Shown in pieces: positions 63,100 to 64,000 of a DNA stretch of 64,000 nt. The first letter of the stretch is position 1. Each line of letters opens with the position of its first letter. A program made the position numbers and the translations under genes. The DNA comes from Camelus dromedarius. Taxonomy: Eukaryota. The stretch spans positions 46,874,001 through 46,938,000 of the forward strand of contig NC_087436.1 of assembly GCF_036321535.1 (NCBI RefSeq), written 5' to 3'. The notes under the pieces were generated by a model, which did no database searches, had not been told where the DNA came from, and was given only the letters and a program-made list of their open reading frames with translations.

Positions 63100-63300
63100 A
63101 ACGATTATCTGTCTCAGCATGTACTTCCTCTAGGAAGCTTTGCCTTACTTCCCGCCCTGCTGCTTCCTCACCTTCAGGCACCACAGTGTCCCTCCGGTGT
63201 GTGCCCATCACTGACACGTCCCGAGCCTTTGGCATGGGATCTGGCACGTAGCAGGGGTTTAGTAATTATTGATTGAATGAATGAGTGAATGGATGAATCA
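63100..63300 (+). mobile_element. L2 3' end
   Basis: 'acttcctctaggaagctttgcc...ctggcacgtagcaggggtttagtaattattgattgaatgaatgagtgaatggatga'. Confidence 0.7.
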
Positions 63301-63634
63301 AATGAATCCATGTTAAGCAGTAGCAGGTTGCATTTGAACAGGTCTTGAAGAAATACGAAGCTATTAATTTGCTAATCATGAAAATTATGTTGCAACTCGG
63401 AAAATGCTTCAGGATAGCAGCGCCAAGTGGGGGGAAGAAATAGAATACATAATTGCACATATATTATGATTGTAACTAGATAATAGTTGTAGGCACATGG
63501 ACAAACCCTGGAAGATAGTATGTAAATTTAATAATGTTTTGTTGGAGTCATGGGATTATGGATATTTCTGTCTTTTTCTTTTTTAAAAAAGCATATTAAT
63601 TTTTCTCTTTCTACAACTATAAAAAGGCAGGGGG

Positions 63635-63870
63635 GTGGAATTCAGAAGACTTGAGTCAGAATACTTGGGTAGCAGTCCTGGCTCTCACATTTAATAGCTT
63701 TCTGACCTTGGACAAGTTACTGGAACTCTTTGAGCCTCAGTTTCCTCATCTATTAAATGGGGACCATAATAGCTACCTCTCAGAGCTGTTGTGAGGTATA
63801 AATGGCCTAATGCCTGTGAAAGGATTTTATAAACTATAAAGTGCTATATAAATGTGATGCCATTATGATT
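63635..63870 (+). mobile_element. MIR SINE
   Basis: 'tgaccttggacaagttactggaactctttgagcctcagtttcctcatctattaaatgggg...acctctcagagctgttgtgagg'. Confidence 0.88.
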
Positions 63871-63883
63871 AAAGTAGCCTCTG

Positions 63884-64000
63884 TTAGACTCATAGACATA
63901 GAATACAAACTTGTGGTTGCCAAGGGGGCGGAGGGTGGGAAGGGATAGATGGGATTTCAGAATTGTAGAATAGATAAACAAGATTATACTGTATAGCACA
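63884..64000 (+). mobile_element. Young camelid-type L1 3' UTR, running off the window end
   Basis: 'agactcatagacatagaatacaaacttgtggttgccaagggggcggagggtgggaagggatagatggg...agataaacaagattatactgtatagcaca'. Confidence 0.85.

Noticed and set aside
1..64000. CRISPR array, prokaryote-type operon or defence system, or intact viral ORFs
   Set aside because: No regularly spaced repeat-spacer array and no long ORFs; the sequence is mammalian and all retroviral and transposase frames are disrupted.

Overview
Non-coding mammalian genomic DNA, almost certainly camelid (alpaca/llama/camel). The lineage call rests on two tRNA-Ala-derived Vic-1-type SINEs and cetartiodactyl/camelid-type L1 3' ends. I found no intact protein-coding gene, functional RNA gene or CRISPR array; the ORF track is background ORFs or translations of decayed retroelements. 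The window is intronic or intergenic, with layered repeats (L3/CR1, L2, MIR, L1ME/MB/MC, MLT1/LTR33 LTRs, MER5A, MER45A, Tigger1) and several repeat-free, CpG- and homeobox-motif-rich blocks that look like enhancers (~2.6-2.95, ~16.3-16.6 and ~30.1-32.3 kb). The most notable structures are: (1) a 56-bp inverted copy of unique sequence templated into an L2 about 1.2 kb away; (2) a fossil POGK/pogo-Tc2-like transposase whose frame is restored when an L1 and one TSD copy are removed; (3) a ~4.1-kb degenerate ERV-L (HERV16/LTR16-like) provirus lacking its 3' LTR; and (4) an old local duplication of an LTR/L1 junction. Subfamily names come from recalled consensus sequences, not from a database search. 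I could not support a genuinely new biological system from sequence alone.
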